Counted from the stretch's first letter, positions 19,396 to 29,104 are shown. The stretch is 64,000 nt of DNA from Candidatus Poribacteria bacterium (GCA_965116925.1 OZ220744.1:4448001-4512000), one strand, 5' to 3'. Numbers and translations are program-made. The notes: generated by a model from the sequence alone, not told the origin.

Positions 19396-21138
19396 ATGGT
19401 TGCAAATTCAACAGATTTACCTCTTGGAATTGAACTCATCAAGCGAATCCGCTGGCTTGTTAAACTCCGCTGGATTGCCATAACGGGTGTCTTGCTGACT
19501 GTAAGCATTGCAAGCTGGGGGCTCCACATTATTGACAATCCAACGCCGTTGTATATCATCGCGGCATTGATGACCCTTTACAACTTTGAACCGCAAATCT
19601 ATCCCAAACATCTTACAGAAAAGCCGCTCGTATCAATTCAGCGTCATGCGGGCAGACATATTATCTTAGATTTGTTCTCTTTGACAGCACTCATCCACTT
19701 TAGCGGTGGCGTCGAGAACCCGTTTATTTTCTATTTTATCTTTCATCTCGTTATCGCGAGCATACTCCTTTCTAAAAAAGTTAGTTACATCCTTGCCACA
19801 CTCAATACAATCCTTTTAAGTGCTCTCATTTTCTTGGAGTATTACTACGTCCTACCCCATTACCATCTACAGAATTTTCTGCCTGTAACCCTCTGGCGAG
19901 ATCCGATTTACATCTCAAGTGTGCTGTTCGTGTTCACTAGTACCCTATTTTTCTCTGTCTATCTTGCAACATCAATTATGGATACCGCGAGAGCGCGTGA
20001 AGCGGAGACCCGTGAATTGAAAGACAATCTTGAGGAAAAGGTTGTTGAATTAGAAGAGACAAGGGGTGCGGTGCTTTTCGAGCGAAATAAACTCACATCG
20101 ATTATTGAATGTATGCAGGAAGGGGTTATCTTTGTCGATGACAAGAACCATGTGTCACTTTTTAATAAGGCAGGACAGCAGATTCAAAAGGAGCAATTCG
20201 GACTCGATACAGAAGCCCTCCAATCCCCAGAGGCTGACGGGGTACTCCTGCAAATCGCAGAGGGTTTATCGAAGGGACACGCAGTGATTGAACAGCAGAG
20301 TCTACAGATTAAGGATAAATTCTTTGAAAACACGTATGCCGCCGTGCGTGACAGGGATGACAACTACTTAGGCACGGTTTTGGTTTGTCGAGACGTGACC
20401 GATCGGAAACGGATGGAGCAGCAGATGGTTCAATCAGAAAAGATGGCGGCGATAGGCGAGTTGGCCTCAGGGGTTGCACATGAGATTAATAATCCCCTTG
20501 ACGGTCTACTCAACTGCATCCTTCGGATAAAGCGCGATCCGCAGAACGAACGACAGACCAAAGAATACTTGGGGCTCATGGAGGAAGCACTCAGACGGAT
20601 TGAATCGACTGTCGGGCAGCTTCTCAATTTCTCACGTCAACGTGATCTGGAACTCACGTCAGTGTCTCTTAATGAGGTTGTCACCGAAGTTGTTGGTCTG
20701 ATTGCGTACAGCGCTGACGAAAAGGATATTCAGATTGAGAAACATTTCCAAGAAGAACTGGAGCTAATCCGTGGGGACAAACACCTATTGGAGCAGGTTG
20801 TCCTAAACCTTGCCCTAAATGCGATTGCGGCTATGCCCGATGGTGGTGTATTGTCCTTCAAAACTGGGGAGATCGGCTTTGATGCGCTACTTGGTAAATC
20901 GACAATTTTCGTTCAAGTAACGGACACAGGAATCGGCATCCCCACGTCTGTTCAAGATCGGATTTTTGACCCGTTTTATACCACGAAGATTACTGAGAAA
21001 GGCACGGGACTGGGACTCTCGGTATCCAACCGAATCATCAGACAACATGAAGGTGTCATCGAATTCGATAGTAAGATGGATCAGGGTTCCGTGTTCACCG
21101 TCAAATTACCGATTAGGAGAGGGGTGGAAAAGGATTGA
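19396..21138 (+). CDS. Membrane sensor histidine kinase with PAS domain
   Basis: N-terminal TM block; H-box AHEINNPL; N, G1, F and G2 boxes (DTGIGI, FDPFYTTK, GTGLGL). Confidence 0.95.
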   Translation: MVANSTDLPLGIELIKRIRWLVKLRWIAITGVLLTVSIASWGLHIIDNPTPLYIIAALMTLYNFEPQIYPKHLTEKPLVSIQRHAGRHIILDLFSLTALIHFSGGVENPFIFYFIFHLVIASILLSKKVSYILATLNTILLSALIFLEYYYVLPHYHLQNFLPVTLWRDPIYISSVLFVFTSTLFFSVYLATSIMDTARAREAETRELKDNLEEKVVELEETRGAVLFERNKLTSIIECMQEGVIFVDDKNHVSLFNKAGQQIQKEQFGLDTEALQSPEADGVLLQIAEGLSKGHAVIEQQSLQIKDKFFENTYAAVRDRDDNYLGTVLVCRDVTDRKRMEQQMVQSEKMAAIGELASGVAHEINNPLDGLLNCILRIKRDPQNERQTKEYLGLMEEALRRIESTVGQLLNFSRQRDLELTSVSLNEVVTEVVGLIAYSADEKDIQIEKHFQEELELIRGDKHLLEQVVLNLALNAIAAMPDGGVLSFKTGEIGFDALLGKSTIFVQVTDTGIGIPTSVQDRIFDPFYTTKITEKGTGLGLSVSNRIIRQHEGVIEFDSKMDQGSVFTVKLPIRRGVEKD

Positions 21139-22454
21139 AAGTACTGGTTGTTGATGATGAAAAAATCAAACTAATTACACTACGAGATGATTTGCGCGAA
21201 GCGAGCTACGATACTATTGCGGTCGAGTCTCCAGCACTTGGACTCCAACTTGTGCAGAACGAACATTTCGATGTGCTTGTTACTGATTTGCGCCTACCGA
21301 AGATGCACGGCATTGAATTTCTCAAGCGCGTCCAGAAGGAACAACCCCATATTATTGTGATTGTCATGACCGCTTATGCGAGTGTTGAAACTGCTGTGGA
21401 AGCGATGAAATTCGGGGCGTATAACTATATCAAGAAACCTTTTTCCAGCGAAGAACTGATTAAGATGCTGGATAAACTGAAAATGCTGCACGGCAGAGAT
21501 AAACAGCGTTCACAACTAAAAGTTCCTATGAAAGGACGGTCTCCATATCATCATATTATCGGGAAAAGTCAAGCGATACAAGACCTCTTTGACCTGCTTG
21601 AAAATATCTCCGATACTCAGAGTACTGTGCTAATCTATGGGGAACATGGCACAGGAAAAACACTCGTTGCAAAATCCATTCATTTTAACAGTGGGCGTAG
21701 ATTCCACTCCTTTAGGATCGCAAACTGCTCAGGCGTGCCTACCGAAGCGTTAGATCGAGAGCTATTTGGAGACAAGCAGACGGAAAACGAGTTTGGGCGT
21801 AGAGGGACACTTTTTCTTCAAGATATTGATGCCCTTTCCATTGCCCTACAGGTCAAATTTCTACGGGCACTAGAGGGGCAGCAGTTGAACCTAGACAGAA
21901 GCACACAAGGAGAGGATGTACGGATTATTGCTGCGACGACCAAGAATTTGCGGACGAAGGTTCAGAATGGGGAATTTCGAGACGATCTCTTTTACCGTCT
22001 AAATGTTGTCCCGATTTTTCTGCCACCGTTGCGTGAGCGGGTCGAGGATATTCCCCTTCTGATTAATCATTTTTTAGATCTGTTCTCGCCTAATGCTCCT
22101 ATCCATATTGCTCCCGAAGCTGTTGCGGTGCTCGCAGCATATCCATGGCCCGGCAATGTCCGCGAATTAGAAAATGTGATCGAACGGCTTGTAACGGTTG
22201 GAGACGGTGCAGATATTACTCCCGATGATATTCCGCTTGAATTGAAACTACCGGCACAGATAAGCTTAGATGAGACGTTGAGTGAGATATCCTTCCAAGA
22301 GATTATCCGGTCGACCGAGCGTGAACTCATCGGTTGGGCAATGAAAAAAGCACAGGGGAACAAAACGCAAGCCGCAAAGCTGCTCAAAATGAAACCCTCA
22401 ACCTTCCGCGATACCCTTGCCAAGTATATTGACCAGATCGAATGGCAGGCGTGA
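21135..22454 (+). CDS. NtrC-family response regulator (REC-AAA+-Fis HTH) with degenerate sigma54-activation motifs
   Basis: REC domain; Walker A GEHGTGKT; FRDDLFYRLNV; WPGNVREL; no GAFTGA. Confidence 0.9.
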   Translation: MKVLVVDDEKIKLITLRDDLREASYDTIAVESPALGLQLVQNEHFDVLVTDLRLPKMHGIEFLKRVQKEQPHIIVIVMTAYASVETAVEAMKFGAYNYIKKPFSSEELIKMLDKLKMLHGRDKQRSQLKVPMKGRSPYHHIIGKSQAIQDLFDLLENISDTQSTVLIYGEHGTGKTLVAKSIHFNSGRRFHSFRIANCSGVPTEALDRELFGDKQTENEFGRRGTLFLQDIDALSIALQVKFLRALEGQQLNLDRSTQGEDVRIIAATTKNLRTKVQNGEFRDDLFYRLNVVPIFLPPLRERVEDIPLLINHFLDLFSPNAPIHIAPEAVAVLAAYPWPGNVRELENVIERLVTVGDGADITPDDIPLELKLPAQISLDETLSEISFQEIIRSTERELIGWAMKKAQGNKTQAAKLLKMKPSTFRDTLAKYIDQIEWQA

Positions 22455-23041
22455 AGGGGAAGCGTACAAACCAAATGAATCAGAAACAGGCGCGCGAGCG
22501 GCTTCGAGCGGAAGTCCTCCGCAAAAGGGACAGCATTCCACCAAGTGTGAGAGCTGAACTAAGCCGACGGATTGTTGACCGTGCAATCAATTGGATTGAG
22601 GTGAACCGAGCCAATGCAGTCCTAATCTACCTCGACATGCGAAGTGAGGTGGAGACCGGTGGGTTGCTTGATTATCTGTTGGTTCAGAATAAAATTGCGC
22701 TTGCCCCTGTGATGCGTATGAAGCAGCGAAACCTTACACCATATCGTATCGTAGATGCGAAAAAAGATCTTATTCTCCACCCATACGGTATGTATCAGCC
22801 GAACCGGGCAACCTGTTCTCCCTTTCCTTTGAACCAGATCGATTTAATTTTTGTTCCCGGTGTCGCTTTTGACCTCAAGGGCTACCGGATCGGATACGGT
22901 GCCGGTTTCTATGATCGATTCCTACCGCAATGTCCACAAGCAGTTTGGATTGGGTTGGCTTACAAAGCGCAAATGGTGGCAGATACCTTTCCGCAGGCTT
23001 GGGACGTCCCTCTCCATCAAATCCTCACAGAGGACGCGTGA
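22451..23041 (+). CDS. 5-formyltetrahydrofolate cyclo-ligase
   Basis: SEVET, VPGVAFD, RIGYGAGFYDR, WDVPL; GTG start overlaps upstream TGA. Confidence 0.93.
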   Translation: MKGKRTNQMNQKQARERLRAEVLRKRDSIPPSVRAELSRRIVDRAINWIEVNRANAVLIYLDMRSEVETGGLLDYLLVQNKIALAPVMRMKQRNLTPYRIVDAKKDLILHPYGMYQPNRATCSPFPLNQIDLIFVPGVAFDLKGYRIGYGAGFYDRFLPQCPQAVWIGLAYKAQMVADTFPQAWDVPLHQILTEDA

Positions 23042-23130
23042 TATTTGTTGACGATTTTTAATCCGTGGGGGATTGCTTGAATACGTCTGCCTATGTTTTT
23101 GTACATCGTGTGCTGTGCCCAATTTTACGC

Positions 23131-23158
23131 TTGACATGGGATGGGGCTATGATATAAT
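23131..23158 (+). promoter_or_regulatory. Consensus sigma70 promoter of dcw cluster
   Basis: TTGACA-N16-TATAAT with TGn extended -10. Confidence 0.7.
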
Positions 23159-23237
23159 TCTTTCGTTTGGGGTGAACGGTTTAGGCTGTTTAGCAAGCAC
23201 TCTTCCAAATCAGCGTAGGAAAGGAGGGTATGCCTGA

Positions 23238-24254
23238 TTGGGTGAAACGAAAACGAGGGACATTCAGAAAGAGATGGGTGGTAACCACATACCTGTTCTA
23301 GTCGATGAAGTGATTCAATTTTTAGAACCGAAAAATCACGGTTTTTATGTGGATGGCACAGTTGGATTAGGTGGGCATGCCGCTGTTATTTTACATCAGT
23401 CTGCGCCGAAAGGGTTTCTACTTGGGATTGATTTGGACTCGGAGGCGTTGGCTATTGCCAAGCAGAAACTACATGAATACAAGGAACGGGTGACACTCGT
23501 TGATGGTAATTTTGCCCACTTGGATCGGCTGCACCAGTTGTCTCAGGGTTCGGGGGGAACGGAAGCAATGATTCCGCAAATTGATGGCATTTTACTAGAC
23601 CTCGGAGTGTCATCTTTGCAACTTGATACGCCAGCGAGAGGGTTTAGTTTCACCCACTCTGGTCCCTTAGATATGCGGATGGATACTAGCCAGTCTCTAT
23701 CAGCAGCGCGCGTCGTAAACCGCCATCCAGAGGACGCGCTTGCAATGATTTTTACGCAATTCGGTCAAGAGCGTTGGGCGAAAAAAATTGCGCGCCAGAT
23801 TGTTCACGCCCGAAAACGCAAGTCTATCTCAACAACCGGTCAACTGGCTGAAATCGTTCTGGATGCGATTCCCCCCAAATCAACAGGTTGGCGCATCCAT
23901 CCCGCGACACGGGTTTTTCAAGCGTTACGAATCTTTATTAACGATGAGCTTAAAAACCTGCATTCCGGGATACATTCCGCTGCTGCTGCTTTGAAGCCCG
24001 GTGGACGCTTATGCATCATCTCTTTCCATTCTCTCGAAGATCGAATTGTTAAAGAACAGTTTCGCACTCTATCGCGTGGCTGTATCTGCCCACCGAAGAC
24101 CCCTATCTGTGTGTGTCAGCATACACCTACTCTTCAAATACTAACCAAACGTCCAATAGTTCCAACCCCCGATGAAATTCGACACAATCCTCGATCCCGA
24201 AGCGCAAAATTACGGGTTGCGATGAAGATCTACGAATCTAAAACCCAAGATTAA
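23238..24254 (+). CDS. rsmH: 16S rRNA (cytosine1402-N4)-methyltransferase
   Basis: HIPVL, DGTVGLGGH, DLGVSSLQLD, HPATRVFQALRI, ISFHSLEDR, NPRSRSAKLR. Confidence 0.97.
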   Translation: MGETKTRDIQKEMGGNHIPVLVDEVIQFLEPKNHGFYVDGTVGLGGHAAVILHQSAPKGFLLGIDLDSEALAIAKQKLHEYKERVTLVDGNFAHLDRLHQLSQGSGGTEAMIPQIDGILLDLGVSSLQLDTPARGFSFTHSGPLDMRMDTSQSLSAARVVNRHPEDALAMIFTQFGQERWAKKIARQIVHARKRKSISTTGQLAEIVLDAIPPKSTGWRIHPATRVFQALRIFINDELKNLHSGIHSAAAALKPGGRLCIISFHSLEDRIVKEQFRTLSRGCICPPKTPICVCQHTPTLQILTKRPIVPTPDEIRHNPRSRSAKLRVAMKIYESKTQD

Positions 24255-24314
24255 ACGTTTCTTAAAAACCGGACGAGGCGGTTTGCAAAGGAATCATCAG
24301 AGACTATTACAATC

Positions 24315-24608
24315 ATGAAATATCAAAAACCAGTTCCATCGTCAAAATTTCATCCCTTTGCATACCTCGCGCTTGCCATTTATATTGGTATCTTTTTTTT
24401 AAGTGCATGGTTTGCGTCAAGCCAGCACAAGGTTGCGCTGCAAATGCGTGAGGACTTTGAGCAGCGAAGAGATCAACTCCACAACGAAATCAATAGGCTC
24501 AAAATACAGGAAACGAAACTCACTTCTATTGAACGGATTCACGAAATCGCTAAGGATCTTCAGATGGTTCAACCCTCCCAGCAAGCCCATGTGCTGCGTG
24601 CTGATTAA
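24315..24608 (+). CDS. ftsL: Cell division protein FtsL-like
   Basis: One TM helix plus coiled coil, ERIHEIAKDLQM; lies between rsmH and ftsI. Confidence 0.8.
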   Translation: MKYQKPVPSSKFHPFAYLALAIYIGIFFLSAWFASSQHKVALQMREDFEQRRDQLHNEINRLKIQETKLTSIERIHEIAKDLQMVQPSQQAHVLRAD

Positions 24609-24627
24609 GATCTGTGAATCGAGTGTT

Positions 24628-24735
24628 TATAGTGGATCTTAGAATTAATGAAACACCCAAAATCGGCGCAGTTGCAAACAGCGCCTACTAAACATGGGGA
24701 GCGAAAGTGTTCATTTATTTTTTGAATTCACTATA
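24628..24735. mobile_element. MITE-like element type A, copy 1
   Basis: TATAGTGGATC...GAATTCACTATA inverted ends; near-copy at 47157-47263. Confidence 0.75.
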
Positions 24736-24921
24736 ATTGCGTGCTCAATCTTTGGGACATCACAGAATACACCCTTCCTTGGGGCTGTTTCCTACAGTGT
24801 GATTTGTGAACGTGAAATGTAGTGGGTGAAATGCTTCATGTTTCAGGCAAGCAATTCAATCTGTGTGGAGTTCTTCACTAGTCGTGCACGCTGTTACACT
24901 TCTGCATTAATACCTTATGAA

Positions 24922-26365
24922 AATACTGGAAACAATCCCAATGCTTTAGCGTTGGATCAGACCGCGTAATTTTAGTTGATTTTCTTGGCAAAGTAGGGGG
25001 TACTTGGTTTGTCTTTCGGTGGGAGAATGTCAACTCTATCGCACGATAGGGTCTGCCACAATCCACTGACATGGACACGAAAGACAGAAAGACACTTCCA
25101 ATGTTAAAAACTCACAAAATCGCATTAGATCCAAACAACATTCAATCGACCCAATTCGCTCAACATTGTGGGTATGCACGTGTTGCGTATAATCACGTTC
25201 TTGCTGATTTCAAGGACGGCTTAACCAATGGGGAGTGGCGTTCACACATAGAGTTAAACAAGCGATTTAACTCAGTTAAACGTGAGCAATATGAGTGGTG
25301 TGACGAGTTAAATCAACGTGCTGCTTATAATGCGATTTACTTTAATTTCCACAACGCAGTCAAACGTTGGCAGTCAGGTGAGAGTCGGTTTCCGAAATTC
25401 AAGAAGCGTTCTAAGGGTCAAAGTTTTCAAGCAGACGCCGGTCGAGGCACAACTATTATCGAAGGACAGCGTATAAAACTACCCAAGATAGGTTGGGTTC
25501 GCATGTTCCAAACACTTCGACACCTCGGCACTATCGTCAAAGTTGTAATCTCAAAGACTGCTAACCGTTGGTTCGCTTCTATCACTGTAGATACTTTCGC
25601 TAACGATACTATTGCTGCCAATGGACATCTGCCTGTTGTTGGTGTTGACGTAGGTATCAATCACTTAGCGGTCACGTCCGAAGGTGTATATCACGAAAAC
25701 CCCAAAGCCTTAAAGCGTTACGAGCGGAAGCTAAAACGGTTGCAACGTCAGTTAAGCCGTCAGCAAAAAGGGAGTCGGAATTGGCATAAGACGAAAGCGA
25801 AACTTGCCAAGCTACACTACCGTATCGCCTGCATTCGACAGGACGCTCAACACAAGGCAACAACGGGTATCGTCAATGGTGCGAGTCGTATTGGGATTGA
25901 GTCGCTAAATGTCGCCGGTATGTTAAAAAACCACAGATTTGCAAAGGCATTATCGGACGCTTCATTATCCAGTTTTCTGTCTATGCTCACATACAAAGCA
26001 GAACGGTTAGGCGTTAAAATTGTAGAGGCAGACCCCTTCTACCCGTCGAGTAAGACGTGCTCGGCTTGTGGGGCAAAAGACAAAGGCCTGTCACTATCGG
26101 ATAGGACTTACCATTGCAGCGATTGTGGGCATACCCAAGACCGAGACCTTAACGCTGCGATAAATCTACGAACCGTCGCCGTGGGACACACGGAGACGTA
26201 AAACGCTTGTCCGCAAGGATCCCGATTTATCGGGGTGGAGAGATAGTAAGACCACACCAGCCATACGTGGCTTGTCTCGTCGAAACAAGAAAATAGCATG
26301 GAGATACTAATGTCTACCAATCAGTCTATTCAGAATCCCAAGGCTTTAGACTTGGGAGCAGTCAA
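24922..26365 (+). mobile_element. Non-autonomous IS200/IS605-family element (TnpB only) inserted in the 5' end of ftsI
   Basis: Left hairpin CAAT-CCCAATGCTTTAGCGTTGG; right hairpin GAAT-CCCAAGGCTTTAGACTTGGG followed by TCAA at 26362-26365; excision restores the ftsI frame. Confidence 0.8.
25101..26201 (+). CDS. tnpB: RNA-guided endonuclease TnpB
   Basis: HKIALDPN N-terminus; RuvC D (VGVDVG), E (IGIESL), D (DRDLNAAINL); zinc finger CSAC/CSDC. Confidence 0.95.
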   Translation: MLKTHKIALDPNNIQSTQFAQHCGYARVAYNHVLADFKDGLTNGEWRSHIELNKRFNSVKREQYEWCDELNQRAAYNAIYFNFHNAVKRWQSGESRFPKFKKRSKGQSFQADAGRGTTIIEGQRIKLPKIGWVRMFQTLRHLGTIVKVVISKTANRWFASITVDTFANDTIAANGHLPVVGVDVGINHLAVTSEGVYHENPKALKRYERKLKRLQRQLSRQQKGSRNWHKTKAKLAKLHYRIACIRQDAQHKATTGIVNGASRIGIESLNVAGMLKNHRFAKALSDASLSSFLSMLTYKAERLGVKIVEADPFYPSSKTCSACGAKDKGLSLSDRTYHCSDCGHTQDRDLNAAINLRTVAVGHTET

Positions 26366-26385
26366 CAATATATCTTTTTCCCGGA
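26170..26385 (+). ncRNA. Predicted TnpB omegaRNA (right-end RNA) with guide from ftsI flank; 5' boundary approximate
   Basis: Overlaps tnpB 3' end and right end; AACGCTTGT..GGAGAG..GTAAGACC..GAAACAAGAA scaffold-like motifs; predicted guide CAATATATCTTTTTCCCGGA. Confidence 0.6.
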
Positions 26386-28130
26386 TTACAATTGTATGGG
26401 TCGGTTTGGAACTCTGCTTAGGATTATTGATAGGACGTTTGTTTCTAATCCAGTATGTACACGGTCAGGTGCTACGCGAACGTTCTGAGAATCAGCGTAA
26501 GACGCAAGTGGGTTCTCAGGCAAAGCGCGCTACGATTTTAGATCGGCACGGAAGCGTTTTTGCAATCAATCAGGACTTAATCTCAGTCTATGCTGACCCA
26601 AAAGCGTTGAGAGATAAACCTGATGAAATTGCTGGTAAACTTGCGCCGCTACTTGATGTCTCGGAAGATAGACTTTTGTCGGTATTGCAGCAAAAGAAAA
26701 GGCGTTTTGTTTGGCTGAAAAGGAACTTAGATTATGAACGTCTTAACGCTATCCGCCAAGTCACTAGAAACATTTATGGGGTCGGATATCGAACCCATGG
26801 AAAACGGTCCTACCCAAAAGACGAGCTAGCGTCTCATATTATTGGATACACCAACTTTGAAAATAGAGGTATCGACGGGATTGAACACCAATACGATACT
26901 TACCTAAGTACTAGCAACAAAAGTAATCTTCCAGAATCACAGCCAAAAAGTAATCGAATCACTGCCGATGGTAAGAGACGCCCAATTCGTCCACCACAAC
27001 TTTATCAACAAGCGGGGCAATATGGCCGCAGCATTGTCCTTACACTTGATGAGTACCTCCAACATATCACAGAAACGGAACTGACGGCCGGTTGCGAGGA
27101 ATGGCAAGCGAGAGCAGGGAGTGCAGTCGTCATGCATTCCAAAAGCGGCGAGATTTTGGCATTAGCAAATTATCCGAACTACAATCTCAATCACTACTCA
27201 AGGAGTGAAGAGTCAGCCAAGCGAAATCGCGCCATCTGGATGCAATACGAGCCCGGTTCTGTATTTAAGATTGTTACTGCTGCTGCACTCCTCAACGAGA
27301 AGCTGATGTCTCCGGACTCGCGTGAGTATTGCGAGATGGGAGAATATCGTTTGTCCAATGGGCATGTTGTTCACGATATTAAGCCCAATGCGTGGCTAAC
27401 GTTCAGCGAAATTATCGCAAAATCTAGTAATATCGGTGTCCTCAAGGCTGCAAGACATCTTGATAAGGAGCAGTTGGAGGTCTATACGCGCCGGTTCGGA
27501 TTCGGTAAAAAAACCGGTATCGATCTGCCTTACGAACGCGTCGGCAGCTTGAGAGGCATCCAGAAGTGGGATGACTACACGATTGCCTCTGTTCCGTTTG
27601 GACAGGGAATTTCCGTGACACCTTTGCAGATGTTGAATGCTATTAATGTCATCGCTACCAAGGGTGTGCTGCTAAAGCCGTATATCACTCGGCAAATTAT
27701 TGATAAGGACGGAAGCGTGATAGAGCAGTCGTCCCCCAAGCCAATTCGTCGCGTCATTTCTGCAGAAACCGCGCAGGCAATGACACAAATGCTTGTCGGG
27801 GTGACGGAAGTCGGCGGCGGGTTGAGGGCACGGGTCGAAGGATATGCTGTTGCTGGCAAAACCGGCACAGCACAGAAAGCGGAACGTGGAAAGGGATACG
27901 TCAAAGGCAAAGTGACTGTTACTTTTGCAGGTTTTCTTCCGGCGGAGGATGCGTTACTCTCAATTATTGTTGTTGTTGATGAACCGGTGGGTGCCCCGTT
28001 GAGCAGTCGTGTCACCGCCCCGATGTTCCAGAGGATTGCGAGTGAAGCGATGTGGTATTTGAATCAAAGGGATCTCTTTGTTCAGAAATCAACTTCAAGC
28101 TATGCAGGAAACCAATCAGCACTTCATTAA
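26310..28130 (+). CDS. ftsI: Peptidoglycan transpeptidase FtsI/PBP3 (N-terminal 18 aa encoded by IS right end)
   Basis: RATILDRHG, EPGSVFK (SxxK), SSN, KTGTAQK; dcw position. Confidence 0.92.
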   Translation: MSTNQSIQNPKALDLGAVNNISFSRITIVWVGLELCLGLLIGRLFLIQYVHGQVLRERSENQRKTQVGSQAKRATILDRHGSVFAINQDLISVYADPKALRDKPDEIAGKLAPLLDVSEDRLLSVLQQKKRRFVWLKRNLDYERLNAIRQVTRNIYGVGYRTHGKRSYPKDELASHIIGYTNFENRGIDGIEHQYDTYLSTSNKSNLPESQPKSNRITADGKRRPIRPPQLYQQAGQYGRSIVLTLDEYLQHITETELTAGCEEWQARAGSAVVMHSKSGEILALANYPNYNLNHYSRSEESAKRNRAIWMQYEPGSVFKIVTAAALLNEKLMSPDSREYCEMGEYRLSNGHVVHDIKPNAWLTFSEIIAKSSNIGVLKAARHLDKEQLEVYTRRFGFGKKTGIDLPYERVGSLRGIQKWDDYTIASVPFGQGISVTPLQMLNAINVIATKGVLLKPYITRQIIDKDGSVIEQSSPKPIRRVISAETAQAMTQMLVGVTEVGGGLRARVEGYAVAGKTGTAQKAERGKGYVKGKVTVTFAGFLPAEDALLSIIVVVDEPVGAPLSSRVTAPMFQRIASEAMWYLNQRDLFVQKSTSSYAGNQSALH

Positions 28131-28200
28131 TTAGGGTTACTTGGTTTCTATCGTCTAGGTTGCGATATCCCCGGAAGATAAGCTGCTGGAAGGAGTAAAT

Positions 28201-29016
28201 GTGAGATGCCTGATTTGCATTACAATATTGGCACTGGTCGTTGTCAACCAAGCTGCAAGTGACGTTCGGGCTGTCCCAGACGTGGTAGGTTTAGCCTCCG
28301 GGGGAGAGTTGGTTATTGTGGGGAAACTGTTAGCAGCAGAGGAGGAAACAGACCCACAGATTCAGGTGCAGTATACAGATGTCGTCGTAGAGGTTGTCCA
28401 AGTTATTCGGAATATAACAGAACAGGAGATAAAGGTCGGTGCCACTATCAATTTTCGCCTCCCTGACGTGCCAATCGGTTATGGCAGATTTGAAGCGGAG
28501 TTTAGCAAAGAGGAAGTGGGTGATTTGCTTCTTTTGTCGCTAAGACGACCTCACCCCCGAATGACAGCGGGCCGCAGAAAAGGGTTTGACACCATTTTTG
28601 ATGTTTATGGGGGAGACCACGGGAAACATACCGTTAGAATCAAAGATGACCTTCCTATGGTGTATCTGTTTGGGCTGAAACGCAGGGTTGAAGACCCACA
28701 ATTTCGACGTTCACGTAATCGACGATTATATAAAGACCGTTATCAAGAGCTGGAGATTGGATTGCCTCTTGACTGGGTCTTAGAAGTGATGGATATGGCG
28801 ATAGCCGTTGATGCTAGGAATCCGGCGAAAAACCCAAAATCTCCCGAAGACATACCCGCAGAAATCAGGCTTCAATATGAACGGCTTAGAAGTTTAGAAA
28901 AATTGGTTCGCAAATTAGCACGGGACGGCAGGTCAGAAGCCTCTATTATCAAAACTGCCCGCAAAGGACTTAATCAAGTTAAAGAGGAATTAGACCTAGA
29001 AGAAGGGAACGAATAA
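28201..29016 (+). CDS. Hypothetical secreted protein inside dcw cluster
   Basis: AAGGAG before GTG; signal-peptide-like N-terminus; 271 aa. Confidence 0.65.
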   Translation: MRCLICITILALVVVNQAASDVRAVPDVVGLASGGELVIVGKLLAAEEETDPQIQVQYTDVVVEVVQVIRNITEQEIKVGATINFRLPDVPIGYGRFEAEFSKEEVGDLLLLSLRRPHPRMTAGRRKGFDTIFDVYGGDHGKHTVRIKDDLPMVYLFGLKRRVEDPQFRRSRNRRLYKDRYQELEIGLPLDWVLEVMDMAIAVDARNPAKNPKSPEDIPAEIRLQYERLRSLEKLVRKLARDGRSEASIIKTARKGLNQVKEELDLEEGNE

Positions 29017-29104
29017 GACGAAAACAGGGTTTTCTTTTACACAGTGATTGTGTTTTTTTCGCTTTGTTCGTTATAGAATTTTCTGAAGGTCGGAGGTGGA
29101 CTAG

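Noticed and set aside
22400..22475. 6S RNA upstream of formyl-THF cyclo-ligase
   Set aside because: No intergenic space; the gene overlaps the regulator's stop codon.
25014..25033. Second IS605 right end (GGTGGGAGAATGTCAA) upstream of tnpB
   Set aside because: Only the 3' arm is present, with no GAAT or matching 5' arm; it may be a relic but cannot be supported as a boundary.
24922..25100. Group I intron (IStron) or tnpA in front of tnpB
   Set aside because: Only about 180 bp; I saw no intron core motifs and no HUH or serine-recombinase ORF.
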